Part shown: positions 1 through 9,413 of the stretch, piece after piece | Position numbering within the stretch: position 1 is the first letter of the stretch | Layout of the letters: every line of letters begins with the position of its first letter | NCBI GenBank assembly: GCA_965248445.1 | Contig: CBDFJG010000002.1 | Coordinates: 416,001-480,000, forward strand | From: Planctomycetota bacterium | Lineage (GTDB): Bacteria; Planctomycetota; JAJSAM01; JAJVHW01 | Direction of reading: 5' to 3' | Length of the DNA: 64,000 nt | Position numbers and translations under genes: made by a program | The notes under the pieces: model-generated | Database searches by the model: none | What the model was told of the DNA's origin: nothing | Seen by the model: only the letters and a program-made list of their open reading frames with translations

Positions 1-2
1 GA

Positions 3-302
3 CTGGTGGTCGGCGTCGACCCCGACGGTGCGTGGGAACTCGTCGGCCCCGGAGGGGAGTGGGTCGAGGTCTCGCAGGTGTTCCAGTCGCTCGACGTACT
101 GGGCTCCCCCCGCGGCCTCAGCCCCGAGGAGCAGAAGCACCTGCGGCTGGGCGTCGAGGTGATCCCCGGCCGGGCGCGCATCTACGTCAACGGGATGTTC
201 TGCGGCGAGCAGGACTTCGAGCGCGGCGCGCTACGCGGCGGCATTGGAGTGTTCGCCAGCGACGCCGACGTGCGGGTGAGCGAGCTGCGCCTGGCTTACT
301 GA
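3..302 (+). CDS. 3' end of a gene starting before the window; beta-sandwich C-terminus (DUF1080/LamG-like, tentative)
   Basis: Open frame from the window edge to TGA at 300-302; 'RIYVNG...GGIGVFA..ADVRVSELRL' pattern. Confidence 0.55.
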   Translation: MVVGVDPDGAWELVGPGGEWVEVSQVFQSLDVLGSPRGLSPEEQKHLRLGVEVIPGRARIYVNGMFCGEQDFERGALRGGIGVFASDADVRVSELRLAY

Positions 303-338
303 TAACGCGCGAAGAGGTAGAAGGCGGGACACCCGGAA

Positions 339-731
339 CTAGTCCGAGTCACCGGCGCGGAACTCCGCGACGAGGTCGCTCTCGAGCGTCTCGAAGCGGC
401 CCTCGAAGATCGCCCCGGTCTCGGGCATGCACTCGACCGGGCACTTCTCCTCGTCCAGGTCGCGCACCTCGGTGATCCGCTTGCCGCGCAGGAACACGCC
501 GACCTGGCGGCTGCTGCCGGACATCGTGACGATTTCGATGTGATCGTTGGGCCACTTCCCGTCGTCCGGCTCCGGGTACACGTCGACGAGACCGAGCGCG
601 TAGAAGCGACCGTCCTCGAGATCGAAGAACGTCGTGTCGACGTGGACGCCGTGTTCCTCTTCTCCGTGGACGGCCCGCCGCGACACGATGCGTTCGACCG
701 TGACGGAGCCGTCCTCGAGGTCGGCCTTCAC
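339..731 (-). CDS. Hypothetical protein; 5' end uncertain, possibly decayed
   Basis: 130-aa ORF with GC-rich third positions; the frame stays open upstream to a TGA at 801-803. Confidence 0.6.
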   Translation of the reverse strand: MKADLEDGSVTVERIVSRRAVHGEEEHGVHVDTTFFDLEDGRFYALGLVDVYPEPDDGKWPNDHIEIVTMSGSSRQVGVFLRGKRITEVRDLDEEKCPVECMPETGAIFEGRFETLESDLVAEFRAGDSD

Positions 732-915
732 TCGCGCTGCGCGCTTGCGGTAGTCCGCGACGAAATCGGCCCAACGACGACAGCGCGAGCCTGCGCTGGG
801 TCAGTGCGGGATAGACTGCACCCAACGCGACCACCGCTCGGACATCAACCAGTCTGAGTCGAATTGGCTCCGTAGACCGGCGATAACCCGCGATGCGACT
901 GGCAAGGAGGAAGCG

Positions 916-1854
916 ATGGCGAGAGCTGCCACGGACTCGCGACGATTGGTTCGGCTAACCCGCGTGGGAGCGGCTATCGGAGCGTGTCTCATCGCCTACG
1001 TCCAACCGTTCGCGCATGCGGCCGACCCGGTGTTCGATCCCGGGTTCTCGTACGTCGACGTGAACCACGACCAGATGTTCGACGAGGACGACGGCGACGT
1101 CGCGCTCGTCGCCGGTGAGGTCGCCGACGGCCGCTTCGACACTCGGCGGACGGAGGGCGGCTACAAGAAGGTCGTGCGGGATGCGAGCCTCGTCATCCTC
1201 ACCACACCGGCAGCGAGGCCGAGGAGGATCAGCTATCGGACCGACGCAACACTGGTGATCGCCGCCGACCTCTCAGCGAAGCACGGCATGCTGCTCCGGG
1301 CACGCGACGCAGTGTTCATCGGTACTTACCTCGACGGCAGCACAACGACGTTGCGGGCGCGACGGATTGCCATCAGGACCAGAGGCTCAATCTTCAGCGA
1401 CATGGATGTGTTCGAGGGCGTCGGTCGAGGGTCACGCGTGTCGATACAGTCGCAGCAGAACTTCGTGCTGAGCAACGGCGTTTTCGTGGCGGACCGCTCC
1501 GTAAAGGTGAATTCGAAGAGGGGCCGCGCAGGGATCGTAGGGTGTCGACTGGCCGCCTGCGCACCACGAGGGAGGGTCCGCGTCCTCGCGTTCGGCATCG
1601 CGGACGCCAGGGCGGCGACGCTTCGTGCGCACAAGACAATCCAGATCCGAGGCAGCACTTTCGTCGATCTGAGCGACGCAAGCGCGGCCATTGTGGATGG
1701 CAGCGAAAACGGAACGATCCAGATCAACGGAGAACGCGTAGTCGTCGACGGCGCGACCATACTGGCTCCGAACGGCCCGCGAATTCAGGGCGAGCAGTCT
1801 CTGACACCGACGCTGATCGGTGAGGGGACTCTCCCGTGCGCAGCCGACGGCTAA
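916..1854 (+). CDS. Hypothetical secreted protein with an EF-hand-like DxNxD motif and beta-helix-like repeats
   Basis: AGGAGG SD upstream; signal peptide ending AHA-ADP; DVNHDQMFDEDDGD motif. Confidence 0.65.
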   Translation: MARAATDSRRLVRLTRVGAAIGACLIAYVQPFAHAADPVFDPGFSYVDVNHDQMFDEDDGDVALVAGEVADGRFDTRRTEGGYKKVVRDASLVILTTPAARPRRISYRTDATLVIAADLSAKHGMLLRARDAVFIGTYLDGSTTTLRARRIAIRTRGSIFSDMDVFEGVGRGSRVSIQSQQNFVLSNGVFVADRSVKVNSKRGRAGIVGCRLAACAPRGRVRVLAFGIADARAATLRAHKTIQIRGSTFVDLSDASAAIVDGSENGTIQINGERVVVDGATILAPNGPRIQGEQSLTPTLIGEGTLPCAADG

Positions 1855-1895
1855 CCGGGCACGACGCAGTAGAAACTAAGCACACTTCTGGTCGG

Positions 1896-2135
1896 TCAGG
1901 CCGCGCCACAGGCCAACATGTGTACTTCGTTGCCAGTGTCCCGCTTCGTAACGGCGCTGAGTAAGGACCGCCGCCCGACGGATCCGGCTGCCGTCGGCCC
2001 AGCGATCACTTCATCTTGCGCATCTGGGAGCGGTGCCGCATCGGGCTCCGCGACACCGGCGAGGTGGAGCCCCGCCCCGACGCCCATCGCGAAGCCGACG
2101 ATCAGCATTCCGGCGGCGATGGCCAAACGGCTCAT
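1896..2135 (-). CDS. Short membrane-anchored hypothetical protein, possibly a gene remnant
   Basis: ATG at 2135 followed by a hydrophobic N-terminal segment; TAGCGT 7 nt upstream. Confidence 0.4.
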   Translation of the reverse strand: MSRLAIAAGMLIVGFAMGVGAGLHLAGVAEPDAAPLPDAQDEVIAGPTAAGSVGRRSLLSAVTKRDTGNEVHMLACGAA

Positions 2136-2164
2136 GTCACCCACGCTAGCACGACTGCGCCGCA

Positions 2165-2296
2165 CGTACTGAGACCGGCGAACGTCTTCGACCTGTGTAC
2201 CCGCGCGCGCCCCAGTCGGCTCTGAGCACTCGCGCGAGGCATCGACTCGCCACCGCCGAGTTACACGGGGCGAAAACGTCCACCGGTCTCGGTACG
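2165..2296. repeat. 132-bp element with ~37-bp imperfect terminal inverted repeats (MITE-like)
   Basis: 2165-2201 cgtactgagaccggcgaacgtcttcgacctgtgtacc vs the reverse complement of 2260-2296; 7 mismatches. Confidence 0.65.
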
Positions 2297-2362
2297 ACCA
2301 CGGCGACGGAGCCGCGTGTTGGGGGGCGCGCGGGGAGATCTCGAGTGATGGTGGGGGAGGGT

Positions 2363-5131
2363 TCAGGGCGATGCGAGCGTGTCACGGCGGCGACGGCGGC
2401 CGGCGCGTGTGAACGGCAAGCCCATGAACAGGTGGCCGATGAGCGCGCCGACGAACGCGTACGGGATCGCGGCCATCACAAGGAACGGCTGCAGGTAGCT
2501 GCGGAAGACCGTCGCGAGGATGCCGTAGATCACGAGCAGCGCGAGCGGGAACAGGAACTTGAGAGAGCCGACCGACTCGGCTGTGCGCTTCTGCTGGCCC
2601 TCGAAGGAGACGGAGACGCCCGGGTAGCGGGCGCCGATGTCGGTGAGGTCCTCTGCGATGCCCGCGGTGACACCGCGGACGTTCGCGACGGCCTCGTCGA
2701 CCGACGCCTTGACCGTGATCGCGCGCTGGCCGTCCACGCGGGCGAGCGAGGCGTAGCCGCGGCCGGTCTCGACGTGCGCGACCTCCTCGAGCGGCACGCG
2801 CTTACCGGCGGGGGTGGCGACGCGCAGGCGGCCGAGGTCGGCCAGTGACGTGCGCGCGGACTCGGGCAGGACGACGCGCACCGTGACCTCGCCGTCTGAC
2901 TCCTGCAGGTCCTGCGCCTCGTTGCCGAAGAACGCGTTCCGCATCTGCACGGCCAGGTCGTCCTCGAGTTCGTAGACGCCCTGGTAGCTCGAAACGACGT
3001 CGCGCACGTGCGCGACGGCCCGCTCGAGCGTCTCGATGTCGCTGCCGCGCACGCGGATCTCGAGGTCAACACCCTGCGGGCCGCCGCCGCGCTCGATGAA
3101 CGACATCTTGGCGACGCCGGGGATCTCCGCGGTCAGGTCGCGGAGCTCTGCGACGACGTCCTTCGAGGTGCGCAGGCCCTGCGCCTCGCGGTCGTCGGCG
3201 GCGAGCATCTCGATGTTGACCTGGGCGACCGTGGCGGGGTCGGCGGCGGACTCGCGGCCGCGCTCGCTGAACGAGCTGCCGACGACGGAGAACGCGGAGT
3301 CGACCTCAGCTTGCGCGAGGACGTGTCCTTCGATCTCGCTGAGGACGGCTTCGGTCACTTCGACGGGTGTGCCCGCGGCCATCTCGATGTCGATCGACAC
3401 GTTCTCCGCGTCCATCGACTGGATCAGCACGAAGGGGACGATGCCGCCCGCGAGCGTGCCCACGAGCGCGAGGCTGAACGAGAAGAGCGCCGTCATCGAC
3501 ACGTAGCGCCAGCGCAGCACGAAGCGGAGCAGGCGCTCGAGGAGGTCGGGCAGCGTCTCTTCGAGCAGCCACGCGCGCATGCGCTGGACGCGGCCGCCGA
3601 ACGAGAAGAAGCGCGTGATCCAGCCGACAGCCTTGGACACCGCGCCCTCGTGGCCGAGGTGCGCGGGCAGGATGATGAACGCCTCGACCAGCGACACCGC
3701 CAGCGCGGCGATGACCACGAGCGGGAGCTGCTTCAAGAACGTCCCGAGTGTGCCCGACAGGAACGCCAGCGGGCCGAACGCGGCCACCGACGTCATGACC
3801 GCGGCGAGCACCGGGAGTCCGACCTCTCTCGTGCCCTCGATCGCGGCCCTGGCGAGCGGCACTCCCTGCCGCGTGCGCGTAAACACATTTTCGGCGATGA
3901 CAATCGCGTCGTCGACGATCAGGCCGAGCACCACGATCAACCCGAAGAGGCTGATCAGGTTGACCGTCATGCCGGTGACGTACATGAGCACGAACGTGCC
4001 AAGGAACGCCACCGGCAGGCCGAGCGCGACCCAGAACGCGATGCGCGCGTCAAGGAACAGCGCCAGCGCGATGCAGACGAGAATGAGCCCCATGCGCGCG
4101 TTGCGGAACATGAGGTCGAGCCGCTGCACGACGAAGCGGGAGAGGTCGGACGCGGCCTCGACACGGATTGCACCGCCGACCATGGTGGGGTTGTCCGCTA
4201 CGTACGCCTTGACGGTGTCGGCGATGTCGATCGCGTCCTGCTCGGGGGTCTTGAAGACCGTGATGGCCGCTGCGGGCAGGCCGTTGAAGCGGCCCTTCTC
4301 GATCTTGTCCTCGAACGTCTCGCGCAGCGTGGCGATGTCGGACAGGCGGATCAGCGAACCGTCCGGGCGGGCGCGCACGACCAGCTTCTCGAGGTCGAGT
4401 GCGCGGTCCTCCTCGCCCATGGTGCGCACGCGCACGTTGCCGGTCGCTGACTCGAGCTGGCCGCCGGGGAGGTCGAGGTTCCCCGCGCTGATCGCGCGGC
4501 CGACCTCGCCGAAGGTGAGCCTGTGCTCCTCGAGCTTCTCGGGGAGGATCTCGATCCAGATCTCCTTCTCCCGCGTGCCGGCGACGGTGACCTCGGAGAT
4601 GTCGGGCAGATCCACCAGGTCGTCGCGCACGTTCTGCGCCGCTTCGCGCAGGCGCTCCTCGGCGACGTCGCCGTAGACGTACACCGAGATGACCGGGAAG
4701 AACGGCCGCAGTGCGGTGATCTCCGGTTCCTTCGAGCCCTCGGGGAGGTCCGGCTTGACGCGGTCGATCTCGTTGCGGAGCTCGTTGAGCAAGCGGTCCT
4801 GGTCGACGCCCGCGTCGAGCGAGACGCGCACGGCGCAGACGCCCTCGAGGATCTCCGATGCGATCTCGTCGATGCCGGACACACCGCGGATCTCGCGCTC
4901 GATGCGGAGCGCGATGGACTTCTCGACCTCGTCGGGGGTGGCGCCGGGGTAGGCGACGGTGATGACGATCTGCTCGGGGTCGCTGTTGGGCAGCACCTCG
5001 CGCACGAGCGAGAACCACGACGCGAAGCCCGCCACGATGATCGCGACCATCAGCAGGTTGACGGCGACGGGGTTTCTGACCGCCCAGCCGACCGTGCCGC
5101 CCGTGCGTTGGTCGGAACGGCGGCCGGTCAT
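2363..5131 (-). pseudogene. AcrB/AcrD/AcrF-family RND efflux permease lacking its last TM helices and an internal segment
   Basis: N-terminal NPVAVNLLM, GLIVDDAIVIAEN motif; 922 aa; ends GLPFT-RAGRRRRR without the second GxxVNDxI-type helix set. Confidence 0.75.
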
Positions 5132-6429
5132 CGCAGCGCGTCGGCCTGGCGTACCACGCGGACACGCGAGCCGTCGGCCACCTGCTCGACGTTGGTGATG
5201 ACGACCAGCTCGCCCTTCGCGAGTCCCTCGCGCACGAGCGCCACGTCGGCCAGGCGGCGCAGGATCGTGGGCCGCCGCTCCTCGATGACCGCTTCCTCAC
5301 CGTCCATGCGCGCCACGTACACGACGTCGCCCACGAACGCCTCGCGGGGGACCGCGAAGCAGTCCGGCGTCGAGCGCCCGGTGACGGTGGCGGTCACGAA
5401 CGACCCGGGCGCCGGAACGCGCGTCTCTCCGGCGGAGGTGATCTCGATGTAGGCCGCGAACGTGCGGGTCTCCGGATCGACGCTCGGGTCCACGCGGGCG
5501 ATGTCGCCGCTCCAGCGCAGGTCCTCGCGGCCGGGGACGTTCAGCGTCGCCGCCACGCCCGGTTCCACGTCCGCGTGACGGGAGGCGGGCAGCTCGACGG
5601 GCACTTCGATCCGCGACAGGTCCACCAGGTCGACGAGCGTCGTGCCCGGCGTGACGCGCTCGCCGATGCGCGCGTGGCGCATCTCGATCACGCCCGCGAA
5701 CGGCGCGCGGATCGTGGTGCGCTCGAGATCCAGCTGCGCCTGCGCGAGGTCCGCTCCGGCCGCCGCGATGTCTGCGTCGGCACGCGTCACGTCCGCGCCC
5801 GCCGTGCCGCTGCGGGTCTCGAGCGCCGCGAGAATCTGGCGGCGGGCGGACACCGCGATGCGCTGGCGATCGACGTCGCTCTTCGAGGCGGCGTGCGGGA
5901 CCATCCCGCGAATGCGGTCGAGTTCACGCTCCGCGGCGGCGAGTTCCGTCTCAGCCTCTCGGATCTGGGCGACCAGGCCGTCCTGGTCTACGCGCGCGCG
6001 CACCCTGGACGCCTCGGCTTGCCTGCGGCGGGCCTCGAGCACCGCGAGCCGGTTCTTCGCGTCCCGGTCGTCGAGGCGGACGAGTTCCTCGTTCGCCGTC
6101 ACCGAGGCGCCGGCCTCGAGTCCCTCGCGCAGCCAGATCACGGTGCCCGCGACCTCGGCGGGGACGCGGGCCATCTCGAGAGCGCGCACGCGTCCGTAGC
6201 CCGAGATCACCTCGGTGTGCGTGCCGCGCTCGAGTGCCAGGACGCGGACGGAGGTGCGAATGGGGGAGGTCGCGCCCTTCTGAGGCTCTTCCTTCATCCC
6301 CTTGAGCATCAGGAAGGCGAAGGCGCCGACGGCGAGGAAGACGACGATCAGAACCGCCGAGACGACGACGTGCGCGATGCCCCCGACCTTCGGGGGGCTC
6401 GGCTCAGGCGGTGAGGGAGCGTCCTCCAT
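5128..6429 (-). CDS. RND efflux periplasmic adaptor (membrane fusion protein)
   Basis: N-terminal TM, lipoyl/coiled-coil pattern, IRAPFAG motif; 4-nt overlap with the permease; ATG at 6429. Confidence 0.9.
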   Translation of the reverse strand: MEDAPSPPEPSPPKVGGIAHVVVSAVLIVVFLAVGAFAFLMLKGMKEEPQKGATSPIRTSVRVLALERGTHTEVISGYGRVRALEMARVPAEVAGTVIWLREGLEAGASVTANEELVRLDDRDAKNRLAVLEARRRQAEASRVRARVDQDGLVAQIREAETELAAAERELDRIRGMVPHAASKSDVDRQRIAVSARRQILAALETRSGTAGADVTRADADIAAAGADLAQAQLDLERTTIRAPFAGVIEMRHARIGERVTPGTTLVDLVDLSRIEVPVELPASRHADVEPGVAATLNVPGREDLRWSGDIARVDPSVDPETRTFAAYIEITSAGETRVPAPGSFVTATVTGRSTPDCFAVPREAFVGDVVYVARMDGEEAVIEERRPTILRRLADVALVREGLAKGELVVITNVEQVADGSRVRVVRQADALR

Positions 6430-6509
6430 CTCGTCTTTATACCCGCCTCCTGCAGGCGGGCTTCCCGAGTTCGAGACCTGACGCAGGGGGGCCGAGCGTG
6501 CGTCGCGCG

Positions 6510-7823
6510 TCAGCCGCGCAGGTCGGCCACGTCGAGGCCGGTGCGCCGCGCCGCCGCCGCGTACATGACGTCGTCGTTCACGACGGACGCGCCCTCCGAG
6601 CGGGCCCATGTGCCGGCCTCGTCCACCAGATCGAGCGCGGAGTCGGGCAGCGCACGGTCCGTGACGTACGTGGCTGCGAGATCGACCGCCAGCCGGAGCG
6701 CGGAGTCGTCGTAGGTGACGGCGTGGTGAGTCGCGAAGAGCCCGGCGCGCCGGGCGATGAGACGGTGTGAGTCCTCGACGGGGAGAGGTTGCACCTCCAC
6801 GAACTGGAAGTGCCGGCTGAGCGCCGGGTCCCGCGCGAACCCACCGTCATGCTCCGCTAGCGTCATGGCGCCTATGCACTGGATCTCGCCGCGGCGGAGC
6901 ACCGGCTTGAGCCCGGCCGCCAGCTCCGCCACGTGCGCGGGCGACCCCGCGTCCGCCGCCCTGTGCAGGTCCGGCAGGAACAGGAGGATGTCGCCCGAGC
7001 GACGGGTCTCGCGGAGGACCGCCTGGAGCCGCTCGGCGAACTGGCCGACGCTCCGCGTGCCCGCGACCAGACTCGAGGCATCGACCTCGACGATCCGCAT
7101 GCCGCGCAGCGGATCGGTCGCATCGCCGGAGGCGGTGAGCCGTGCAAGCTCCTCGACGATCGCCGTCTTGCCTGCACCCGCCGGACCGACGAGCAACGGG
7201 TTGTTGCCGCGGAGGCGCGCCAGCGTGCGCAGCGTGCGCCGGATCTCGTCACGGCGTCCTACGAAGTCCTCGAACAGCCCCTCACGCGCCTGCGCCGAGA
7301 GGTCGCGACCCAGGAGGTCGAGCGCCGGCGTCTTCGATGGCCCGGGCAGCTCCGCGAGGCGGGGGTCGTCCATCGCGTCGTCACCACTGTGCTCGAGCAG
7401 TTCCACGACTTGTTCGCGGACCCACTCGACGCGGACGCCGAGGGCACCGAGCGCCGCCGCGGCGATGCCCTTCTCCTCCCGGATCAGGCCGAGCAGCAAG
7501 TGCTCGGAGCCGATGTAGTTGTGGCCCAGGTGCTGCGCCTCCTCCAGGCAGCACTCGAGCACGACCTTGGCCCGCGGGGTGAACGGGAGCTGCCCGAACG
7601 TGACCATGCTGGTGCCGTGGGCGACGCGCTTCTCCACCTCGATGCGGATCGTCTTCAGCTCGATGTCGAGGCGCTTGAGAACGCGCGCCCCGACGCCACG
7701 TCCCTCCTGCACCAGGCCGAGCAGTCTGTGCTCGGTCCCGATGTAGTCGTGGTTGAAGCGCTGCGCCTCCTGCAGCGCCAGACTCATGATCTTGCGAGCA
7801 CGCTCTGTGAACCGGTCGAACAT
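6510..7823 (-). CDS. ClpC-like protein: Clp N-terminal repeat domain plus a single degenerate AAA+ module (437 aa)
   Basis: MFDRFTERARK...HDYIGTEH, HNYIGSEHLLLGL, Walker A GPAGAGKT, Walker B position LFLPDLH, DRALPDSALDLVDEA. Confidence 0.85.
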   Translation of the reverse strand: MFDRFTERARKIMSLALQEAQRFNHDYIGTEHRLLGLVQEGRGVGARVLKRLDIELKTIRIEVEKRVAHGTSMVTFGQLPFTPRAKVVLECCLEEAQHLGHNYIGSEHLLLGLIREEKGIAAAALGALGVRVEWVREQVVELLEHSGDDAMDDPRLAELPGPSKTPALDLLGRDLSAQAREGLFEDFVGRRDEIRRTLRTLARLRGNNPLLVGPAGAGKTAIVEELARLTASGDATDPLRGMRIVEVDASSLVAGTRSVGQFAERLQAVLRETRRSGDILLFLPDLHRAADAGSPAHVAELAAGLKPVLRRGEIQCIGAMTLAEHDGGFARDPALSRHFQFVEVQPLPVEDSHRLIARRAGLFATHHAVTYDDSALRLAVDLAATYVTDRALPDSALDLVDEAGTWARSEGASVVNDDVMYAAAARRTGLDVADLRG

Positions 7824-7901
7824 CGATGCCTGCCCTCCGCGCGGGGGGAGACCGCACATCGTACGGGTATACGCGTCTCCCGGGAGGGCTACGGTCTCGC
7901 G

Positions 7902-9413
7902 GTGAGCCTGCTCGATTGGCTGGTGTTGGGTGCGTACGGCGTGATCGTGTTCTCGATCGGTGCGTGGGCGGCGCGGCGGCAGAAGAGCGGGGAGGACTAC
8001 TTCCTCGGGGGCCGCAACCTCGCGTGGTGGGCGGTCGGGCTGTCGCTCCTCGCCACGTCGTTCAGCGCGGCGTCGCTCGTGTCCGGCGCGCAGTTCGGGT
8101 TCCGCAACGGGATGGCGTGGATCCAGCTGCAGATGGGCGACGTCCTCGCGATGGTCATCGTTGTGGTGGTCTTTCTGCCGTTCTTCTCGTCGCTGCGGCT
8201 GACCACCGCGTACGAGTACCTCGGCCGACGGTTCGGACGGGCGACCCGCTCGGTTGCGAGCGCGCTGTTCATCCTGCAGACGCTCGCGCGCGTCGCGATC
8301 CTCGTGTACGTGCCTGCGATCACGCTGTCGGCCATGGTGGGGTGGAGCGTCGAGACCTGCATCGTGGCCACGGCGGTCGTGGCGAGCGCGTACAGCGCGA
8401 CCGGCGGGATGGCCGCGGTCGTGTGGACCGACACGCTCCAGATGCTGATCGTGGTGGGGGCGATCATCGCGTCGCTCGTCCTCATGTCCGGCGACGTCGA
8501 GGGCGGCCTGGGCGCGCTCTACACCCATGCCTCCGAGGCCGGGCGCATGGAGTTCGTGACGTGGCCGGAGAGCCGGCAGCACGCGTTCAGCAACCTGTTC
8601 ACCGTGACCGGCGCGCTCGTGCCGTATGCCGTGCTCGCGACGTCGTTGTTCGGGACGGGGCAGCAGGCCGTCCAGCGGTACCTGTCGTGCAAGGACCTGG
8701 CCGGCGCGCGCCGCGCGGCGTTGACGGGACCCGTCGTCGGCACTCTGGTGCTCGGGCTGTCGCTCCTGCTGGGTGCGCTCCTGGCGTCGTGGGCGGACAT
8801 GACCGGGGTGGTGCTCGCCGCCGACGGCGACGCGAAGGTGCTGCCGGAGTTCGTCATGCTTCGGCTGCCGGTGGGGCTGCGCGGGCTGATGCTCGCCGCA
8901 GTGTTCGCGGCGGCGATGTCGAGCCTCGACTCCGCGGTGCACTCCATGTCCACCGCCGTCCTCGTGGACTTCGTGAGGCCGAGCCGCAAGAACGCGCTCG
9001 CGCCGTCGCAGGAACTCAAGCTTGCGCGTGTGTTGACCGTCGTGTTCGGCGTCGTTGCCATCCTCGGCGCTCTCTACGCCGAGACCGTCGAGCGCACGAT
9101 CCTCGATCAACTCGTGACCTGGCTCGGCTACGCGGCCGGGCCGCTGCTCGGGATGTTCCTGCTGGGCATCACGTCGCGGCGGACGAACGAGACGGGCGTT
9201 CTTTCCGGCGTGCTCGTGGGCGTGCTGGTGGTGATCGTGCTCGTCCTCGCGGACGTGCCGTCACTCGGCGGGTTCCACCCGCTCTGGCTGGCACCCGCTT
9301 CGTGCGCGATCACCTGGCTGATCGGACGCGTGGTGAGCTCGTCGTTCCCCGCGCCGGCGCCGGAGGACATCGACGGGCTCACGTGGGCTACTCGGCCGAA
9401 GTCGCGTCCCTGA
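7902..9413 (+). CDS. Sodium:solute symporter (SSS family)
   Basis: [50 protein letters not shown] at 7902. Confidence 0.93.
   Translation: MSLLDWLVLGAYGVIVFSIGAWAARRQKSGEDYFLGGRNLAWWAVGLSLLATSFSAASLVSGAQFGFRNGMAWIQLQMGDVLAMVIVVVVFLPFFSSLRLTTAYEYLGRRFGRATRSVASALFILQTLARVAILVYVPAITLSAMVGWSVETCIVATAVVASAYSATGGMAAVVWTDTLQMLIVVGAIIASLVLMSGDVEGGLGALYTHASEAGRMEFVTWPESRQHAFSNLFTVTGALVPYAVLATSLFGTGQQAVQRYLSCKDLAGARRAALTGPVVGTLVLGLSLLLGALLASWADMTGVVLAADGDAKVLPEFVMLRLPVGLRGLMLAAVFAAAMSSLDSAVHSMSTAVLVDFVRPSRKNALAPSQELKLARVLTVVFGVVAILGALYAETVERTILDQLVTWLGYAAGPLLGMFLLGITSRRTNETGVLSGVLVGVLVVIVLVLADVPSLGGFHPLWLAPASCAITWLIGRVVSSSFPAPAPEDIDGLTWATRPKSRP

Noticed and set aside
339..845. In-frame TGA at 801-803 as selenocysteine, extending ORF 339-731
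   Set aside because: No CxxU/UxxC or known selenoprotein context and no clear SECIS hairpin; a decayed 5' end is the simpler explanation
7824..9110. N-terminal 428 aa of the 866-aa ORF as a Clp fusion domain
   Set aside because: It is the antisense shadow of the SSS symporter; the Clp-like protein begins at MFDRF (7823)
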